Shown here: positions 59,485-64,000 of the stretch, in pieces | How positions within the stretch are numbered: position 1 is the first letter of the stretch | Layout of the letters: every line of letters starts with the position of its first letter | Assembly: GCA_043822105.1 (NCBI GenBank) | Contig: JBDRCD010000009.1 | Location: 67,098 to 131,097 of the forward strand | Direction of reading: 5' to 3' | Length of the DNA: 64,000 nucleotides | Origin: an archaeon | Lineage (GTDB): Archaea > Nanobdellota > Nanobdellia > Woesearchaeales > GCA-2686295 | Made by a program: the position numbers and the translations under genes | Notes under the pieces: model-generated | What the model saw: the letters and a program-made list of their open reading frames with translations, nothing else | Database searches by the model: none | What the model was told of the DNA's origin: nothing

Positions 59485-60804
59485 ATGTATGACATAGTTG
59501 TTGGGAGGAATGAGTCCGATAGAAAAAAATATGGTGAAAAAGGCACAGTTCTAATAGGAAAACATTATGTAAAGATGGGTAGAACCAGTTCTCTTGTTAA
59601 CAAAATTTATCTTGACATGATTCGTTCCCACGTTGTTTTTGTTTGTGGTAAAAGAGGAAGCGGAAAAAGCTACACAATGGGTGTTATCGCCGAAGGTATG
59701 ACTGATCTGCCAAGAGAAATTAAACGAAACATATCGATAATAATGCTTGATACCATGGGAATATACTGGACCATGAAATATCCCAACAAGAAAGAGAAAG
59801 ACCTTCTTGAAGAATGGGGTGTTGAAGGAAAAGGTCTTGATGTGAAGATTTATACTCCAAAAGGATTCTATGATGACTATAAAAAAAAAGGAATACCTAC
59901 AGATTATCCTTTTTCTGTCAAGCCTTCAGAGCTTAATGCAGAAGACTGGAATATAACTTTTGGTATTAATCCAAATGAGGCAACAGGTGTTTTGATTGAA
60001 AAGCTAATCTATGATTTGAAAGAAGCTGGTAAGAATTATGATATTGATGATATAATAAAGAAAATTGATAAGGATCCTGATGCCGGAAAGTCTGTTAAAG
60101 ACGCAGCCAAGAATCAGTTTTTGAATGCAAAGAATTGGGGTGTGTTTGACAAAGAAGGAACGCCTCTAAAGGATTTGGCCAAAGGTGGTCAGGTTACGGT
60201 TCTGGATGTTTCCTGCTATGCAACTGTGCCTGGTTCATGGAACATAAAAAACATGGTCATTGGACTTATTTCTCAAAAATTATTCATTGAAAGAATGCTT
60301 GCAAGGAAAAATGAGGAGTTTCAGGAGGTTCACAAATCTGTTAATTACTTTGGTGATGAACAGATTGTGAAACAGGAATTTCCACTTGTTTGGCTGGTAA
60401 TTGATGAAGCCCACGAGTTCCTGCCTGTCACTGGCAAAACAATGGCGACTGATCCGCTAGTTACAATTCTCCGAGAAGGAAGACAGCCAGGAATATCGCT
60501 TATTCTGGCAACTCAACAGCCAGGAAAAATTCACACGGATGTCATGACCCAGTCTGACACGGTTATTTCCCACAGAATCACTGCAAAGATGGACGTCGAT
60601 GCTCTTGGAATGCTTATGCAGTCCTATATGAGGGAGGGACTTGATGTTCTGCTTGATAATCTTCCAAGATTCAAGGGTGCTGCAATCATTTTTGACGATA
60701 CAAATGAAAAAATGTATCCCATAAGAATCCGTCCAAGATTTACCTGGCATGGCGGAGAGGCTCCAACTGCTCTGCATGAAGAAGAGGAACTTTTTGAGGA
60801 TTGA
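59485..60804 (+). CDS. HerA/FtsK-superfamily P-loop ATPase (DUF87-like)
   Basis: N-terminal barrel-like region followed by Walker A GKRGSGKSYT; Walker B LVIDEAHEF; ILATQQP. Confidence 0.55.
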   Translation: MYDIVVGRNESDRKKYGEKGTVLIGKHYVKMGRTSSLVNKIYLDMIRSHVVFVCGKRGSGKSYTMGVIAEGMTDLPREIKRNISIIMLDTMGIYWTMKYPNKKEKDLLEEWGVEGKGLDVKIYTPKGFYDDYKKKGIPTDYPFSVKPSELNAEDWNITFGINPNEATGVLIEKLIYDLKEAGKNYDIDDIIKKIDKDPDAGKSVKDAAKNQFLNAKNWGVFDKEGTPLKDLAKGGQVTVLDVSCYATVPGSWNIKNMVIGLISQKLFIERMLARKNEEFQEVHKSVNYFGDEQIVKQEFPLVWLVIDEAHEFLPVTGKTMATDPLVTILREGRQPGISLILATQQPGKIHTDVMTQSDTVISHRITAKMDVDALGMLMQSYMREGLDVLLDNLPRFKGAAIIFDDTNEKMYPIRIRPRFTWHGGEAPTALHEEEELFED

Positions 60805-61976
60805 AGATGCACTATAGGGAGTATGTCCGTGCCACTGGAATAAGTCTGCTGTTTACTTTCTGTTCATTTTTGTACTATCCAATAATCTCACCCTACATTA
60901 AGGCCATGGGGTTTGACAATTTTCAGGTTGGTTTGTTATTCTCAGTTTTTCCTCTTACGGTTATACTTGTTTCTGCCATACTTGGCAGACTGGCGGACAG
61001 CATTGGCAGAATTAAAATCATAGTGTTTGGTTTGATTGTTGAAATAGTTGCCACGGTTTTGTATTTGGTGAATGCTCATTGGTTGATGATAATAGCTGCC
61101 AGAATGCTAAACGCGGTGGCCTATGTGGCTGTTTTATTGGTTGCACTTGCAAAAATACAGGGCGCATTGTCAGACAGGGACCGTGGCAAGTATACTGGTT
61201 GGAGTCTTAGCATTGCACAGGTGGGTGCAGTGGTTGCTCCTGTGCTTGGGGGGGTCCTTGCCGATCAATTGTTTATTACGGCTCCATTTATTCTGACGGC
61301 TGTTTTGCTTTTGATGCTTGTTTTCCTACTGATTTTCAGAACAAAAAAACTTTCCAAAAAAATAGAACAGGAGAATTTCAATATATTCAAAGCTTTGAAA
61401 ACTTTTTTCTCATCAAGACATTTGAGGGGGGTGGCTGTTTTGGGATTTGTTATGCATGCGTCTACACCAGCCACGCTTGTTTTTCTTCCGCTTTTTATCA
61501 TTGAAAAATTTGGTCTGAGCTATTCATACGTTGGAGTGGCAATATTCTTCTTCGGAGCGGCCCATCTGTTCCAGTTTTTCTTCGGAGCTCTGGCAGATAA
61601 ATATGGCAGAGTTACAATGATTCTGTTCGGTTGCTTCATAATGGGTTTTTTCCTCTTTTTCCTGGCAACCATTCAGACTTACTGGGTTCTTTTGGTGCTT
61701 GTTTTTCTAATGGGCATTGGTGGAGCAATATGGAACATATCTGCATGGACTCTCATGTCTTCCATTGGCGAGAAGATGAACAAGACAGGTGAAATTATAG
61801 GTTCATACATGTCCATAGCCCAGACAGGTGCTTTCATAAGTTTTCTCATGAGCGGTTTGATTGTACAGGTTTTTGGTTTTGGAGTGTTGTTTGCACTTAA
61901 TGGTTTTCTTATTGCAATAGGTATGTCAATAGCATCCTATTATTTCGGAAGATATGAACACTCTTCGGGAAACTAG
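60801..61976 (+). CDS. MFS transporter
   Basis: 12 predicted TM helices with a GRLADSIGR-type motif in loop 2-3. Confidence 0.65.
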   Translation: MKMHYREYVRATGISLLFTFCSFLYYPIISPYIKAMGFDNFQVGLLFSVFPLTVILVSAILGRLADSIGRIKIIVFGLIVEIVATVLYLVNAHWLMIIAARMLNAVAYVAVLLVALAKIQGALSDRDRGKYTGWSLSIAQVGAVVAPVLGGVLADQLFITAPFILTAVLLLMLVFLLIFRTKKLSKKIEQENFNIFKALKTFFSSRHLRGVAVLGFVMHASTPATLVFLPLFIIEKFGLSYSYVGVAIFFFGAAHLFQFFFGALADKYGRVTMILFGCFIMGFFLFFLATIQTYWVLLVLVFLMGIGGAIWNISAWTLMSSIGEKMNKTGEIIGSYMSIAQTGAFISFLMSGLIVQVFGFGVLFALNGFLIAIGMSIASYYFGRYEHSSGN

Positions 61977-62014
61977 ACTAAACCTTTTTAAATCCATTAA
62001 AATTAGTTCTTTTT

Positions 62015-62338
62015 ATGGCTTTTTCAAAATCATTTCCAAGAACGGTGGATAAGAGTTCTTACCCTGTTTGGGAAGAAATATATTTATCTGATGAAGAAGA
62101 AGCGAACCAAGAACAGAAGTGTAAGGATGAAAACGTTTTATTGATGAAAGAATGCATTGAAGATGCAAAAAAAATATTCTCTGACAAAAATCTTAAAGAC
62201 TTTCAGTCAGACGTCATAAAAATTGCAATTTCTTTGTTTGAAAAAAGAGCAAGTCATGAAGTTTTCTGGAAGGAATCGAAAGCTAAGGAGAAGTTTGATT
62301 CTCTTTTTGGTGGAAAGCTTTCCGACGCTAAAAAATAA
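62015..62338 (+). CDS. hypothetical protein
   Basis: 107 aa ORF; no motif. Confidence 0.3.
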   Translation: MAFSKSFPRTVDKSSYPVWEEIYLSDEEEANQEQKCKDENVLLMKECIEDAKKIFSDKNLKDFQSDVIKIAISLFEKRASHEVFWKESKAKEKFDSLFGGKLSDAKK

Positions 62339-62510
62339 CTTTTTTCTTTTTTGACTGTTTAAGGTCGTTTTCTGAAATTTGTAAAGCTTTCCAACAAAAG
62401 TGTTGAAAACAATTTCAAACAAAACCACGTCTTTGACGAAGCTTCTGGAGTTGATATGGTTGTGATAATTTAAACTAACATTTAAACTTAACTAAGATTT
62501 TCAAATATAG

Positions 62511-63605
62511 CTAACTTTTTAAGAGTTTTATTTCTTCCATTATGATATTATAATCCATAATGAACTCTCCTTTTTTTCTTAATGTAATATTTGGTTTTTC
62601 TTGTTTTATGATTTCAGATGGGAGATAATATTCCTTGTCTTTCCCAAATTTTTTTATCATTTTTACTAATAAAGGGTATATTTTTTGAAAAAGTAAATGG
62701 TGGGATTCTTCTCTTACTTTTTGACTATGTTCCAAGAGTTTTAACAAGTATCTCAAATTCTTAGATTTGTATTCTTGAAGTAATTTCTTCTTCTGTTTGA
62801 ATAGTTCTTCATTATGTTTGTCTTTGGTGGTTATTGTCGAAGTTGTTGCAAGAATATGCATTGTTTTAGTATCTTTCACAATGTTTAAAATTTCTTTTTC
62901 AATCATTTCAGGAATTGGATAACGTGACAATATCACGCATCTTCCTAAGGCTTCTATTGCGATTAGACTATGTTTATAGCTTTCAATATCTAATGGAGAT
63001 TTTTTTAAGTATTCATGAAGATTTTTTAATCCTTTAATTCCTTTATTTGCATTATTTATGTGGTGCGAACAAAATTTTTTTGCATCCTTTCTAAATGCTT
63101 TTATTATCTTTTCTAAGTGTAGTTCTTCCATAACTCTATCTAAATGGAGTGTTCCTTTCTCAATCTTTAGATCAACATCTTTTATGAATGAAGAATTAAG
63201 ATTCATCGCGGCTTGATATTTTGCCAATAAGATGTAATACCAAAGAACAAAAGGTCTTTGTTTCCATTTATCGGACTGGATTCTTTTTCTTGGTTTAATT
63301 TTTTTTATTATTCCTTCATCAGAATTAACAAGAACGTAGTCTCCTTCTTTGAAAGAAAAGAGTTGTTTTAAATCTAAAACACATGGTTTTCCTATTTCTC
63401 TACACACAATTGCTGCATGCATCGTTATTCCGCCTTCTACTGTTAACACTGCTCTTGACTTAGTTATACTCTCAAAAAGTTCTGGATAAGTATTTTTAGC
63501 AGCCAAAATTGAATTGTTCTTAATTTTAGCTACATCTTTTATGTTATTTACAAAAACAATATATCCTGCGGTTGTTCCCATTGGAGAAGCTGGTGTTCCT
63601 TTCAT
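62511..63605 (-). CDS. protein with N-terminal PEP-utilizing-enzyme mobile (phosphohistidine) domain and uncharacterised helical C-terminal region
   Basis: N-terminal ~90 aa: LTVEGGITMHAAIVCREIGKPCV matches the GG(x)TSHAAIxAREzGIP phospho-His motif; remainder unassigned; start overlaps the HAD gene stop. Confidence 0.5.
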   Translation of the reverse strand: MKGTPASPMGTTAGYIVFVNNIKDVAKIKNNSILAAKNTYPELFESITKSRAVLTVEGGITMHAAIVCREIGKPCVLDLKQLFSFKEGDYVLVNSDEGIIKKIKPRKRIQSDKWKQRPFVLWYYILLAKYQAAMNLNSSFIKDVDLKIEKGTLHLDRVMEELHLEKIIKAFRKDAKKFCSHHINNANKGIKGLKNLHEYLKKSPLDIESYKHSLIAIEALGRCVILSRYPIPEMIEKEILNIVKDTKTMHILATTSTITTKDKHNEELFKQKKKLLQEYKSKNLRYLLKLLEHSQKVREESHHLLFQKIYPLLVKMIKKFGKDKEYYLPSEIIKQEKPNITLRKKGEFIMDYNIIMEEIKLLKS

Positions 63606-64000
63606 CTTAGTATTTGATATACAACCTCTTCAATTGAATCAACAATAATATTTCCTTCTCTTCTCGCATCTTGTATTGTTCTCTTTGTCATATCAGGTGT
63701 TGTTGTTAGGAATATCCTTTGTGCACCTGCTTTTTTTGCAAAAGAGTTCTCCCCCAAAGAATCCGACACGTAGGCAAAAATATTCTTTCCTTCAAATAAT
63801 TCTGTATAGGTTTGTTGTTTCATTTTTTTGCCTGAGTGAATGTTATTTTCAAAGAAAGAATATAGTTCTGCATTGGTTCCTTCTTGCTCTATATTGATTT
63901 TTTTTAGCATTGCTTTTTGTAGAAATACTGGTGCCCCTGAAAGTGTTTTCAGATTATAACCTTCATTGCTTAAATTAGGGATATGTTCAACTCCTTTGTA
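63602..64000 (-). CDS. HAD-superfamily hydrolase, C-terminal part (N-terminus lies beyond the window end)
   Basis: FAYVSDSLGENSFAKKAGAQRIFLTT matches HAD motifs III/IV. The reading frame stays open upstream to position 64000, so the gene is partial. Confidence 0.5.
   Translation of the reverse strand, partial: YKGVEHIPNLSNEGYNLKTLSGAPVFLQKAMLKKINIEQEGTNAELYSFFENNIHSGKKMKQQTYTELFEGKNIFAYVSDSLGENSFAKKAGAQRIFLTTTPDMTKRTIQDARREGNIIVDSIEEVVYQILR

Overview
This is a low-GC (~32%) archaeal chromosomal segment with compact gene organisation. The archaeal assignment rests on family-B DNA polymerase, topoisomerase VI A/B, archaeal DnaG, aRF1, aIF5A, ABCE1, fibrillarin/Nop5, Rpp21, Bud32, RIO kinase and Dim2. 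The many hypothetical genes suggest a small-genome, uncultivated lineage (DPANN-like is a guess). Most of the window is core housekeeping. It encodes information processing (PolB, Top6A/B, DnaG, a truncated MCM-like AAA+ protein, ValRS, CysRS, two tRNAs), translation and ribosome biogenesis (aRF1, aIF5A, L40e, ABCE1, Nip7, Dim2, RIO, fibrillarin, Nop5, TrmI, Trm11, Rpp21, Bud32) and lower glycolysis (type-I GAPDH, PGK, class-I FBP aldolase, a PfkB kinase). It also carries a polyamine/hypusine operon (agmatinase, PLP decarboxylase, deoxyhypusine synthase). A sugar-nucleotide transferase, a GDE-like glycosidase and an atypical radical-SAM gene form a possible operon. Several secreted or membrane proteins are present: a Lon-like S16 peptidase, a PLD/Nuc nuclease lipoprotein, a presenilin-like protease, an S2P protease, a lamin-tail-domain protein and a parvulin-thioredoxin fusion. 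I found no CRISPR array, IS element, integrase or rRNA. Three things stand out most. First, there are two GC-rich, hairpin-dense non-coding islands (1-245 and 57107-57470) that are likely structured RNAs (RNase P RNA or SRP RNA candidates; Rpp21 in the window shows RNase P is present). Second, an N-terminally truncated MCM-like AAA+ gene sits next to a small divergently transcribed ORF (possibly winged-helix) and PolB. Third, there are several unusual domain architectures: a parvulin fused to a VKOR-type thioredoxin, dissociated PEP-utilizing-enzyme domains, an E1-like enzyme with a C-terminal extension, and a solo HerA-like ATPase. All calls are from reading the sequence and the supplied translations. 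No database searches were run.
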